This document shows, piece after piece, positions 26,886 to 39,651 of a DNA stretch of 64,000 bases. The position numbers and the translations under genes are program-made. Within the stretch, counting starts at the first letter, position 1. The number at the start of each line of letters is the position of its first letter. The notes below the pieces were generated by a model that worked only from the letters and a program-made list of their open reading frames with translations, was not told the origin of the DNA and made no database searches. The stretch is from Schmidtea nova (Eukaryota), in NCBI GenBank assembly GCA_044892505.1, contig CM097884.1:106702001-106766000 (forward strand), written 5' to 3'.

Positions 26886-28144
26886 CCGTCTTCTCTCAAT
26901 GTAGTATATTTTTCAGGAACATTGTATCTATCTTCCATATCGCTGTGAGCCATTCTGAAATCTTGGCTGTTTTCGGTGTAATCTCTTCTTTCAGATTTGG
27001 AATCTTCTTCTTCTATGCACGCTATTCTTTAATATCGACGGGGCACCTCTTTCCGTAACGAAAAACAATCTCGGAATCCGTGTCCCTCTTTACCACATAT
27101 CAGGCATTTATTTCCCAGTGGGCACTCATATCTTTTGTGTCCCCTTTCGCCACAGCAAAAACAATCACCTACTGTTAATTTTGGAGCCGGTGCTTGTGGT
27201 AGTCCTCTACTTTCGTTATAGATCCTTCTTGCTATATTCTTCATGGAAATTGTTGGCAGTTTCCTTTCTGAGCCATCTTGGATTCTAACATTTCTCAAAA
27301 ATTGTTCTTTTGGGAATTGTTCTCGTCGACCGCGGTTATTTTCTTCGAATTGTATCGGATGTTCATCTCTTCTTGGTCTGTGATGACTAAATGGGTCTTC
27401 TGATTGTCTTCTTTGTGATGGTGTAGGTCTGGTATCTTGAGTATTCTGTTGAATTCTCATTTGCCCTCCATCAATCACGCTGGCATATGTTCTTTTACCA
27501 ATTGATTTAATAAATTCAGTTTTATTGCTTCCCTTTTGGTTACTCTCAAAAATCTTCGCCAATGATCTCGTTTCTTCAATTTTTGTTTCTGGTTTTGTCA
27601 ATAATATTTCCCTCAATCTCGCATCACGTGCTTTATTTGCGATGAGATCTTGAACAATATCTTCTTCTGATCGTCCTGAATTTATAACTTCAGCTAAAGC
27701 TTTCCTTAATCGAATCTCGAAAGCTGCAAAACGTTGATCATCTTCCTGTTCCAGAACTGCCAATTCTCTGATTTTGTCAGTTATTGACTTCGTAATTGTG
27801 AAAGTATTTAGGAACCAAGTTTTGGCTTTCACATCTGTTGTTTCTGTTTCTCTGACGTTTCCCCACAATGTCTTAGCTTCTGCCACTAATAACAAATCGA
27901 AGGTGCTTGTCAATCGCTGTCCATTTGTCAACAGCCATTCTTCTATGTCTCTGATCCATTCTTCTGCTTCTTTCGATCCTCGTCCATCATATCGTCTGAT
28001 ATTCAGAGTGAGCATATCTTGGCATGATTTTGGTAGGCATTCCATTAACGTCTTTGTTGATTTCGAAACTGCATTGACATTCTGATTTTCGGCGTGGTCG
28101 CCAGTTAAATCAAACTCGGTTTTAAAAGACTGAACTTCCTTCAT
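26831..28144 (-). CDS. Gypsy gag with two CCHC knuckles; in-frame TAA at 27029
   Basis: CFCCGERGHKRYEC and CLICGKEGHGFRDC. The frame continues past the TAA (RIACIEEED...GKNISDSMG...RQ*). Confidence 0.85.
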
Positions 28145-29759
28145 AGATTTATTTAATTAAAATTTTATAAAAAGTGCCAAAATACTCAATTATTAAAACA
28201 CCAGTTAATTTAAATATCCAACTGATGTTATAATAAATTAAAAGATTTTTATAAAAATACACTTTATATTTATATAATCCTAAAATCCATAATTGATTCA
28301 GCGAAAATTAACCCAAATAAACCTAAAAAATCCTTTTTGCAAATCATAACATCCATTTCATTCATTAGTAACATTCATATATAATACTAAATAAAAATCC
28401 ATTCATTTCTCAACACACGCACTACATTGTTTCAATTATTAACATCTACCAGCATCAAACACCCATAAAATACACACCCAAAATTCATTTGATAACATGT
28501 GTCTGCATCATACATCCAGAAAATCTCACAAGCACTCATCCAATCTCACCCACCACTAAATTACTTGTTTTCATCCAGCATTCAATTCAACATACAGACA
28601 CATACAATAACATATAATCACATACAATCTCCTTGCAACTATCACCATGAAAATTCATAATAAACCTGTAAAAGTAACACAACATACAAACTCGAAATTA
28701 TAGCATCCCACATCATACATAAACATGCATACCTCCAACAAGACAATGCCAAAGTTTCATTCATTCAACAACCACAAAACATCATATTCATTTTATTATT
28801 TATTTTTATATTATAAAATAAGTCAAAAACTTCCGGTAAAAATCAGAACCAACACCCACAAAAAACAAAAACGATATTTATTTTTATTCAAAAATTTCAG
28901 TTAAAATAAAGTCAATAATTAACTATTAGTCTTTATTATAAAGTAAATTAAGCTTTCACATAAAATCAATAATCACGAACAATGGTTATTTTTATTATAA
29001 AGAGAATAAAAATTGTTTATCGATCAACGTTGCGCAAATACCGAGGAAAACTGATTGTCTGAGGAGTGAATGAGAAATCTCAAAATAAATTCCACTCAAA
29101 AACAGAAATTTGTGACGAACTATTAAAGGATTTCTTCGGAAAATGCCGGATCCTATTACTGATAATCCTGTTCACTTGTATTCTCATGGCTCTGACCTTT
29201 ATAGTTTTAGTTGATGAGAAGTGAAAAGATGCTTTCTGAATTCCGGTATTCAATTGGGAGGATATTGGCATAATATTTAAACAATTCATTTAAATATATT
29301 CCGATAGAAATCAATAGCTGATACTTAGTAGGAAGATTCGTAAATGTTTTATCGATTCAGATATTCCTTTAGAATTAGATAACTCTATTGGCAGCTTAGG
29401 ATTGACATTGAATAGTGAAATTGATTGGAACCATTGATCCCAGCTTCCGTGTTCAGATGCTATGAAAGTAATTAATTTCAGATTATCGATTTGAATTAAT
29501 AAATTTACTTATTTTTGCCAATAAATGAGCTTTCATAGAGAATTGGAGCAGCATTCAAATTTCCTAAAGGTTAAATAAAAGTTTAAACAAATGGAATATT
29601 AATAGAAATTTAAAGCAAGAAAATTATTTCAAGATATAAAAATAGGGAAAAACCTAAAGTAGAAATAAAATTATTTTCGTAAATTAAAAATTAAAGTTTT
29701 TATTTTATTTTAAATATGGGATAAAATTTTATTTTAGAATGCTTTAATTAACAATTACC

Positions 29760-30150
29760 ATAAATTGCAATATTAGTAAAATTTAATGTTTTGTTAGTGT
29801 TTTTGATGCTCGGAATGATTTATTTGGATGCAATAATAAATATATAGTTATGTAGAATATTTATATTGAATTGCCGATAAAATTTTGTTGAATGCCTATA
29901 GATAAATCATTGAAGAATTAACAGAATGGGCATTAAACCTTCTATCGGTAGCCCTTGGACCCAGGAGATATTCGGTCAATCATCAATCGGACGCTCACTG
30001 ATTGCGAATACCCACCCATTTGTTGCATTTCCAACATTACATTGTGACGGGCAACAAGATGGATAAACTGATGTTTTGTATGTTGAGTTATTGATGAGAG
30101 CCATAACAACGTTAAGGTCATATTGATGATCAATAACCCACCACTAGTTA
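29760..30150 (-). repeat. Dispersed repeat (family B, probably LTR-derived)
   Basis: Close match to 62830-63225 (GTAGCCCTTGGACCCAGGAGATATTCGGTCAAT) and a weaker inverted match at ~51480-51600. Confidence 0.7.
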
Positions 30151-30661
30151 CAGCAAAAATTAAACAGCCCATATGCCAACATTGTTATAGGATAGATGCA
30201 TCCGAATATTCCGTGTAAATGACACGCATTATCCAAAACTCATAGAACACTGTTAAAATTTTTCGATATTTTTCAAAATATAATTAATCAGTTTTTCCTA
30301 AAAGCGATTATGACTAAATTAGCTCAAACATAAAAGGAATATAATTGTAAATCTTTGAAAATGTTTATATAAAAAATTGGATAACAGTTGCGTAAAAAAG
30401 AAATAGGCATACAAATTTAATTTGAAAATCAAATAACATTGAAATGCTTAAAAAATTTTAAAAACAAATTTCAAAGTAAAATATTATATTTATTATTGCC
30501 TGAAAATATATTATAAATTTGCTTTCAAGATTTTAGATTTATTTACACATTAAGTAGTTGAAAAATATATGATTTAGTTTAATATTAATTAAATTATACT
30601 AATTTGTTTAAATAGTGCATCAGTGTGGGCTTTTTGACTTAGATATTTCTCATTTCAAATA

Positions 30662-31338
30662 ATGAATCTTATAGTTCGAGGTCTTCCTCCATCAACTACT
30701 TCATATGAATTGACTGATTACTTTAAAGTATTTGGACCTGTTGAAAAGGCATATGTCATGGAAGATAATGGATATGTGGTAATTAAAATTATTTTAAACT
30801 TCTCAGTTTTATATAAATTCTGTAAGCACATGTATAATAGAGAAGATGGAATTAAGATATTAAATTCTATGAGAAATCTCCACATGCAAGGTAGAAGATT
30901 ATTTATTGAGCCTGAAAGTAGAGATATGGGAATGAATAGAGATAGGGAAAGAGAAAGCTATCATGATCCAATGCCTAATCCCTACGGTGGGTGGACTGAA
31001 ATACCAAGGGATGTAGGCCATTCTTATGATTATGGAATGCCATTGGAAAGGTTTTCAAAAGTTGATGCCGATCCATGGAAACAAGTTATTCCGGAACATA
31101 ATTTAAATGGATCTCGATCAGAAGAGTAATAAACCATAATTGTGATCCTTATTGATATTATATAGGAGATTGGTCACCGAATCGTATGTTTATGTTGATC
31201 CACATGGGTACTCTCGTGATCCAACAATGCGCCCAGCACCGGAATATTATTATCGGTATTTTTTATTTATTGTTTTCAATAACATTTTTCTTTGTTTTTA
31301 GGATCAAACTTCTTGATACAAAATCCAAGCACAATTAA
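30662..31338 (+). CDS. RRM-domain RNA-binding protein, RBM4/lark-like N-terminal RRM, multi-exon
   Basis: LIVRGLP (RNP2); DNGYV|HM (RNP1) once the GT-AG intron 30779-30826 is removed; GRRLFIE. Further candidate introns ~31126-31165 and 31256-31301; the 3' exon structure is uncertain. Confidence 0.75.
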
Positions 31339-33599
31339 ATTCATTTACATGATTGTAAATATATGTTTTTTTTCATTTTGTTCTTGTCATATTTTAGAAA
31401 AAATATTGCTAGGTAGCTTTTGTTGGTTATTGTTTTATGATATGATATTTCATATTGTTTGTAATATTTATGACTAAGTAAATTTAATTTACAGGCGAAA
31501 TACTCAATTTATTTAAATTGCTGTAATAAACTAATCAATATCACTGATTATACATTGTTGTGTAATTTTTTTTGTTTATGTTATGCTTAGTCAAGTAAAT
31601 ATACATCTGTGGAATAATTTGTTTAGTTGGATATGTTTATACGCCAAGAATGAAGGTGAAATTACTTGTTATTTTGTTAAAAAATTTGAATGAAACATTT
31701 TTATTATTTTCACTATTATTTCGTTTATCAGAAATTTTAAAAAACCGCATTTCTTAATCACTTGGATGATTTACTAAAATTGATAGGATGAAAAAAAATA
31801 ATCCAATGAGCTAAATTATTGAATTATTTTTAGGAGAATTACTGAAAATACACAATTTAATAAATTTGTTTTAGAAAGTATTAGATATGGAATCCAAAAA
31901 TTTTCAGTCTGCCATTTGATGGAAGAGAATTTTGTTGGGCTGAACAATAAGTCTATAAAAGAAATTAAATAAAACAAATAAAAACTATAATATAAAAGTA
32001 AAATAACTAACTAAGTTGAAAGGCTAAAAATAAATAACAAAGCAAGGACAAATAAATTACCATTGTCCAGAAACCCATCGATTAATTGTGAGATGGAACC
32101 TGAAATGAAAATTCAATTAAAAAAGACGATAAATAAAAGTACAATTAATTACGTTATTGCATGACTATACCAATACACCTAACAGTCGGAAATAGCTGAA
32201 ATAAAAAACATTAAAATAATCTTACAAATGATTGACGGTATGTCTTCTGATTGGCTGAAATGGAACCCTTACAGAAACAAAAAAGAAAAGACGGAACCGT
32301 ATTGGGGGCGAGGTGCCGTAGAGAATGACGGGCATATGCCGACAAACTCGGAATTCAAGTTAGTAAAGACCCTTAGCCCCTCGATTTTTAATAAATAAAT
32401 TTTTAACGGCTTAATTTTCATTGTTCTTATCTAAAGTATGAATAAATTTAGGTAACATTTTGCATAGAATAGAAGGGACAAAGTTCGTGAGATGGTGAAT
32501 TAGGTCTCCTATCGACCTAGAACCCAAACATGCTCACCTGTTTCTTGGTATGCACCGTTTGGTACAGTACCATCGTGGGGTGATACTAGGGGAATTCCAT
32601 GGGTACCATAGCGGAGAAATTCATTTTATGCTGGTGTAATCATCTATTGCCCTTGCCTCACATGGAGTTAAATTTCAGATAAAATAGAGCACCAATACAC
32701 CAACATTTTTAAAAGATAACCGAATAAGGAACAGGTAAGAAATATACCTCTTTATAGTATCAGCAAATTAAATCAAATCTGTGTATAAGAAAGGGATTTC
32801 TAGAGCAATGGAACTGCAGAAAAGAGTATTTTTGATGAGTGCTAGATTGAATAAAAGTGTTGGGCTGATAGGATTGATAAAGTTAAAAATTAAAAGTAAA
32901 ATAATTAACAAAATAATAAGAAAAATAGATAAGCAAAGAGAATTAATATAAAAGAAAATAAGTAGTGAATTAGGAAATAAATGAAAGGATAATAAAATAG
33001 ATAAAAGGAAAAGAACAAAGAATTCAGCCCCGAAAAATAATAAATTAATAGGAAATAAACTAAGAAGAAATAGAATATTTTAGAAAAGAAAACAAATTTG
33101 GAAAAATCATTTATTGGTTAAAATAAAACAAAAACTTGGTTGGCTAGTTCCAGAACGAAAAATAATATATAAGAAACTAGCCAAGTCAGTCAAAAAATCC
33201 AGCATCATTCTGCTCAAAACACTTCCAATTTTGCCGAAACTCAACACTATCGGAACCTGTCCTAACCATTCGAGTTTGTGTAGTTAATTTCGGAATCTGT
33301 AACAATTGATTTGGAAGTCAAAAATAAAGTAATTTCCATTACGTCTTATTTTGATTTACAGGATTAATTCCTCATGCTTTTCATCCTCATTAAACTGATT
33401 AGTTTTAGGATCATTGTAGTCTATCCAACCACATGATCCCGATGAGTTTGAATCGCTGATTCGCAGAGGCGGAAGGGGGATTCGAACCATTGCAAGTAAC
33501 ATTTGTTATTATAGATGTAGAATTTTTCTAAGGAGAAAGTGGACAACCCCGAGGCTTTGTATAGTCTCATTTTTAGGGTGGGAACTTTTGATTGCGTAA

Positions 33600-34800
33600 A
33601 TATGATAATAAGTAAAGTGCCGGTAATGATCAAACTTCCTCAGGACTAGTTATTGGCGACTAAACATACATTGACATTAGTAATTATCATCAGGAACTAA
33701 AGACTACGTTAGACCACAAGTAACGAAATCGTATAACAAGTAACAAAATGTAACATATTCTCGAGTTGCAATTTATGAAGAGTTGTCGGAAAAGTGGCTG
33801 AAGTGTAACCATATTAGAATAATTTCTTTCGGATAAAATGTCCAGATTAGATACAAAAATTGTTACAATACCTTAGAGAAATCGTCATAGTATATAGTGT
33901 CAAGTACTATCCAAATCGTCGTATCAAGCGTTGCCAGATCACTACACTAAGTGTCATCGGAATTATTAGGCAAATCGTTACATGTGTAAATCTACCATCA
34001 GTAAAGATTTTAGTGGTTGTCGAAAACATTAGTAGAAAATCCAATTGGATAGAAATTGTCCTGAATAGTCGAAACGGAATTCGACGAAAGGATACATTAG
34101 TTGGGAATTGAAGGCATGAACAATGAGATTGCTGATGAGAATATTGTCCGGAATCCTGGACAATGATAGTCCTGTTCAGCCAAGTAGATTCCGGTAGTTA
34201 GATTGTAATTAATTGCGTGGGTGCACTGAAGACCCGAGGTCAGACAATGTTTTTAACTAAATTTATATAAATATATGCATGTGGATTCGGATAGTAAATC
34301 GTTCTGACTACAATAGATCACAAGTAGGGAGACCGAGTAAATATTAATAATATTACCGTAACATTTTCACTAGGTGTCACACCAATCTGAGATTATTTAG
34401 ATCGATCTTACGGAGAAGATTCGGTCCCCTAGAAATACAAGGACAACCCAAATATTGAAGTTCATCTACCTAAACTTCCGCCTTAGATACTAAAGAATCT
34501 AACTGAACGTATAATGAGGTAAATCGAAGAGGAGAAGCCAAACTCAAAGATGCCTCATTGGTACGAAGCTACTGAGGAAGCCATCTATGGTCCCTAAATG
34601 TGGAGAACGCCGTAGAAGGTATGTCGAACTTCTTTACAGTCTCACCCAGCATATTGTTCGGTTTTCATGAGATTTTCTGAGAAAGAGAAATTTTGAAATC
34701 GGAGTTTGTCGACTTAGAAAGGTTCGTTTTCCCGCGTTGAAAACTCTGGAAACCAAGGACAGAAATCAGAAACGAAACTGTACCAATGAACATCTAACCC
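33600..34800 (+). pseudogene. Decayed LTR-retrotransposon pol/integrase remnant
   Basis: Fragmentary VLTTIDH- and SP.ILFG-like integrase peptides with many stops. Confidence 0.3.
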
Positions 34801-35322
34801 ATCTATGAATTTTCTGTATGTTCATTTTAGTGTAATCCATAATAAATGTTCAATAGTATCGTGTTCGAATTTCTAGTAGCAAAAGTGTTCGTAAAAATGC
34901 AGGACAAATATAATTACAAATGGAAAGGAGTTCCTCATGAAGTGTGCGAGTGAAGGATTTTGATTTAGTGCAATGTCGAGGTGAGAACCATCAGGATCCA
35001 GCCAAGTAGAAATATGGGTACTACTAAGTAGAGATAGTAGAAATATAGCGTGCTTGCGAAACAGTCGAGGGAGGAGAACCCTTATATTAATATGGACGGC
35101 GTATTTATTTACTCTGACGAGACGTCGCTCAGTGCTAACTATTAATTTATCCGAATGCTTTGATTTTCTTTTGTAGCTCATCCCCAACTCGTGATGTGAG
35201 AGATAAAAGGGAAGAACCTCAGTTCAGGCAAATGTTCACGTCAAAGAGAGACATGGGATCGAGAAGCAGACGGGACCCGAAAACGAAGAATATTAGAATT
35301 AGAGGGAACTCATTTCTCTCCC

Positions 35323-35715
35323 ATGGAGATGCACAAGGTACAGCAATTGTTGTCAAAAGCAAATCAGGCCATTCTAGAGCTAGAGTTAGAATTAACCACG
35401 ACCAAGATTGAGATGAAGCAGTATAGAAAAGCACAAACCAAATCTTTTGTTGACAAACAGCTTAAAGGGAAGATAATACCTTTGACCTATGACGTCTGGT
35501 ACCCAGAGGAAACTACTCATCCTCCTTCGAGAAAGATTATAGATACTTCAATCGTACCGATGAAAAACTACAAACAAACTTGCCCAAGTGTTAAACAGCG
35601 AAGGAAGCTGAAAACGAAAAGAAAGAGCGAATTTAATTTCCAGCTAACAAGGCAGTTAAAATACCTCGATGGACTGTCCGAGTTCGAATTATTGAAGGAA
35701 ATTTTGCCCTTGTAG
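35323..35715 (+). CDS. Orphan 130-aa ORF with N-terminal coiled-coil character
   Basis: ATG-initiated ORF with no recognised motif; possibly an accessory ORF of the decayed element. Confidence 0.25.
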   Translation: MEMHKVQQLLSKANQAILELELELTTTKIEMKQYRKAQTKSFVDKQLKGKIIPLTYDVWYPEETTHPPSRKIIDTSIVPMKNYKQTCPSVKQRRKLKTKRKSEFNFQLTRQLKYLDGLSEFELLKEILPL

Positions 35716-35869
35716 AAAATTATGTAGATAACTGAATTAATTTATTAATGTACCCCGCCCTACCAAAAGTCTCCAGTCAGACAGTTATTTGCATATTGCA
35801 GTTTATAATGAACAGCACTGGAAACAAATGTCACAAACACACACGAATACTGAATGTCTGTAGTGCTGA

Positions 35870-36703
35870 GACAGTTGGTACTTCGTTTTATTACCTTTCA
35901 TCTGCATAACAAGGTGCACTCGTTTAGGAATTGTACTGACCAATTTTGCCAGGAAATCAGGGGAGATATGTGGCCATTCCTCATACAGATGCGTTTCCAG
36001 TTCGGAGACGTTACGTGTAATGGGAATCCTTTTGCGAACTCTTCTACCAAGGACGTCCCTCAGAAACTCAATAGGATTCAGATCAGGGCTTTGTGGAACC
36101 AAATCCAAAACGTTGATGCTGTGCTGCAGAAAAAATTCCTTCATAATGTGCGAAGTATGGATTGGTGCATTATATTGTTGGAAAATGAGCCTCTCAATTT
36201 CTGGGAGAAAGGGAACAAGCTCATTTTCCAGAATGACATGGTATTCCATTGACGTCATGTGATTACTGCACTTAACTAGAAGGCCAGTTCCACGAGCTGG
36301 GAAAAGACTCCAAAACATGATGGAGCTTCCTCCATATTTCACAGTTGGCTGAATGCAGTCAAGGTGAAATCGTTCTTCTACACGACGCCAGCAGAATTGC
36401 TGTCCATCAGATTTGAAAAGAGTGAAACGTGATTCATCACTCCAAATGACTGAGCGCCATTGTTCAACTGTCCAACTCCTTCTCTCCTGGCACCATTTAA
36501 ACGACTTCGACGAATTCTTTCTGTAATCAAAGGCTTCCTTGCGCAGTATATATCTTAGAAACCATGAAAATGTAATGCGCGACGAATGGTGGACATTCTG
36601 GGATGTACAGGGCCAGTGTTAAATGTGGACACTAACTTGGACAGAGGGAACCTTCGATGAGCCACCACAAGTTGTTTCAGCTGCCGTTGTTTACGGATGC
36701 TCA
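35870..36703 (-). pseudogene. Tc1 transposase, C-terminal part
   Basis: IWSDESRF, TVKYGGSSIMFW, FQQYNAPIH (catalytic D>Y), QSPDLNPIE; stop and frameshift present. Confidence 0.9.
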
Positions 36704-37841
36704 TGTTGAGGTTCCAAATATTTGCTATTTGCAATCTCAACTTGTTATTGGGGTGATTCTTATATAAATATCAAAAGCAAAGTTTGTTTTTCAAAATTTT
36801 ATTAATACAATAAAATTACTTTTTATTTCGTTTACAATTGTCTACGAATAACTCAAATTCTTTATTACACAAATTTAAAAAGAAAAAGTCGTATCAAATC
36901 AATTCTTGCAATTGAACCTATTGGGTGACTGTTATGTAGTGCGTGCTATATTTAATTGTGGATCCAATGTTTCTGATCCGGGTTTTAATAAGTTTTTCAA
37001 GATTGCCTTGAAAACTCAATTTGCGCTAATTTTAAATCTTGATTTTACACTAGATTTTAAAGCTAGGATTTTTTTGGGCCTCTTTACTGATTTTTTCTTT
37101 AGTTTATATAGTAAAATTTGGTATGGATAAATAATTTAATTTCCGGTCTGATATTAAAATATTATTAAATTTAGTTTTCAATTTATTCTATACTCTGCGA
37201 TTAAAATAATTATATTTCAATTTCCGTTCTTGTCGTGATATTAAAATTTTCAATTTATTCTATACTCTGCGATATAATTATATTTTAATTTCCGGTCTTG
37301 TCACGATATCAAAATTTCCAAATTATTTCGTATTCTGTGATATTAAAATATTATTTAGATTTGATTATTTTTAAACAACTGAATTAAATTATTTTATTTA
37401 TTGATCTGTTTGTTTTATATGTATATACAACTCATAAAATAATAAAAGGAATAAAATACACATCAAGATAAAAGGAATAAAATACACATCAAGATACACC
37501 TATTTTATATGTACATGCAAATCATAAACTACACATCAAGATATATTAAAAGAAAACAATTGTTTGTTGAGAAATGTCACAATAATAAAATGTCACAATC
37601 ATATTAATTTTCTTGATTTCTGTGATGGGAGTTGCAATCTTTGTTGAGAAATGTCACAATAATAAAATGTCACAATCATATTAATTTTCTTGATGGGAGT
37701 TGCAATCTTTGTTGTGTGGCTTGGATTGGTATTCTGTGTATTGGGATTCCGCGTAAATGTTGATCCTATAGCTGTTAGGCCCTGTCCTATAATATTTATT
37801 TAGGACAAATGCTTGGATGGGCTTCCCTCGATCATCCAACA
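36704..37841 (-). repeat. 3' LTR of the large Gypsy element
   Basis: TGTTG...CAACA; same length as 49332-50469 with no mismatch seen by eye. PPT GGGAGGAA adjacent (37842-37849). Confidence 0.95.
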
Positions 37842-39651
37842 TTCCTCCCAGGGCCGTCAAGGTAATGTCCTCATTACCTTTTTCACTCAGGACCATTTCA
37901 ATTTCTTTATCCTTTAATTTCATTATTGTTCTCTTGAATCCTTTCTTGATTGCCAGATTTAGGGTATCATCTTCCTCAATTCGTCTTCCGAAATGGGTAC
38001 ATAATTGTTTTTCCGTTATCTCTTTTTGGTCGGCACTTATAATGAAGCTAGGTTCTTCCTCCTCTTCTATTTCCATTTCAATGTCTGGTTCTGGTCCTAA
38101 TTCGTCTTCTGCTTTTATTTTACTCTCCATTTCTTTTGTGAAGTCTTCTTCGTCGTCTTCCTCAACTGAAAAATACTCTTCGTCCGAATCTAAATCGCAT
38201 ATGTCTTCTCTTTCTTTGTATTTTTGTATTAGTTGCGGTTCGTTTTTGATCATTATTTGATTTTCTGGTGGTCCTTCTTCTTTTGTAATCATTAGGTCGT
38301 CATCACCATCTTCATGTATTGTTTCTTCCATATCTGAATTTTCATCCATTATTATACTTTCTTCTTCGCTTTCCTTCAACTCTTCCATACATGATTTTCT
38401 GTTTTGCATCTGGTATAGGTCTCCTTTCATTTCGATATCGTCTGTTATTGGTGTATCACTTTGTAACGATGTTGAATCTGCTGAATTCCATTTTATTATA
38501 GGTTCCCATTTGTCTTCTACTATTCCATATATTACCTTTAATATTGTTGTTGTCTTTCTGGCAGAAAATGGCTCACTTTCTACTAATGCTTAATTCAGTC
38601 TCTTATCTTTGTACCATCTCTTATGGTATTTAATCACTTGGTAAGCTAAGTTAGATAGCTTAATTTTGAGTGGATCCACGTTTTTCACGAATGAGCACAT
38701 AAATTTATCTCCGGCCATTTCTCTCATTCCTGCAATGTTGTCTAGACCAAATGTTAGCATTTTTAATTTATCTATCATATCAAATCCTATGATTATTTTT
38801 CCCCACAACAGCTCTCTAATATCCCATAGAGCCTGGTACTCATCTTCATTTCCGACGATACTTTCTTTATTAACCATTGTTTTTTCTGTGCAGAAGTTTT
38901 TTATCTTCGTTCTTGGGGTTATCTTTTTGTTGTATATAATTTCACCGTTGTATTTTCTTATACATACTTCTACTGGTCGCTTGTTGTCATTTTTATCAAT
39001 TGCAAATTTTGCATCCAAGAACATAATTAGTTGGTGTCTCTCTTCTGTGGATAATTCATTGTGTGTGAAAGAGATTTTTTCATTTATCCAGCTTTGATCG
39101 TACCAAGGTTTTGAAGGGATTGGCGGCATTGATTGGAATGGATTTGATATCAGAGGGATATAGAGAATCTCGATTCCTATGACACACGGTAAGTTGTTCA
39201 TTTGGATTATGAGGTGATTAAAATCGTCTGGCATACTTCTGTTGTTTGTAATTGTTTTGATGATGATTGAACAATTACTTGTTGTGATTATTGGTACTTT
39301 ATGTTGGCAAATTGATACCTCGGTTTTTGTCATGTGGAATAGGATTCTATGTGGTACCTTTTTTCCTTCGATTACCGCTTTGTCGACATTAAGATGTTTT
39401 TCAAATGTGCCGATTAGGTCTTTTAATTTTGTTCGTCGAGCTTCATTAAATTTGATAATGTGTAGTTCTCTTTCTTCAATTTCCACTTTCATATCATTTG
39501 GGATGCATACTTGGTTTGGGAAGCTTCTGATTGTGATTGGATTTCCATCGGTACATATTTTGTTTTGTAGGGTTTTGTAAAAGTTTAGAGGGTGTTTGTT
39601 GATCATAGCCACATAGTTCATAGATCGAGAATAATTTGGCTCTGATTGCAT
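37681..39651 (-). CDS. ORF2 accessory protein (~656 aa if the TAA at 38590 is bypassed): unknown N-domain, degenerate DEDDh exonuclease fold, acidic tract, C-terminus in the 3' LTR
   Basis: The 502-aa and 249-aa ORFs share a frame and are joined by 53 open codons after a single TAA. Motif spacing parallels REX4/ISG20. The likely start is MQSEPNY at 39651. Confidence 0.7.

Larger units (their letters stand above)
23592..28223 (-). mobile_element. Compact full-length Ty3/Gypsy LTR retrotransposon (4632 bp)
   Basis: Identical 121-bp LTRs (23592-23712, 28103-28223) with AGTT...AACT ends, 5-bp TSD GATGT, PBS TGGCGACCACG (tRNA-Arg-like), PPT GAAGGGGAG. Confidence 0.95.

Noticed and set aside
29040-29560. 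Coding-like composition upstream of the RRM gene
   Set aside because: Stops in all frames examined and no recognisable motif.
33463-33490. GGTTCGAATCCCCCTTCCGCC (minus strand), tRNA T-arm-like
   Set aside because: No D-arm, anticodon arm or acceptor pairing found; not a tRNA gene.
36906-37130. Identical 74-aa ORFs at 36906 and 49534
   Set aside because: They result from LTR duplication; non-ATG start and no motif.
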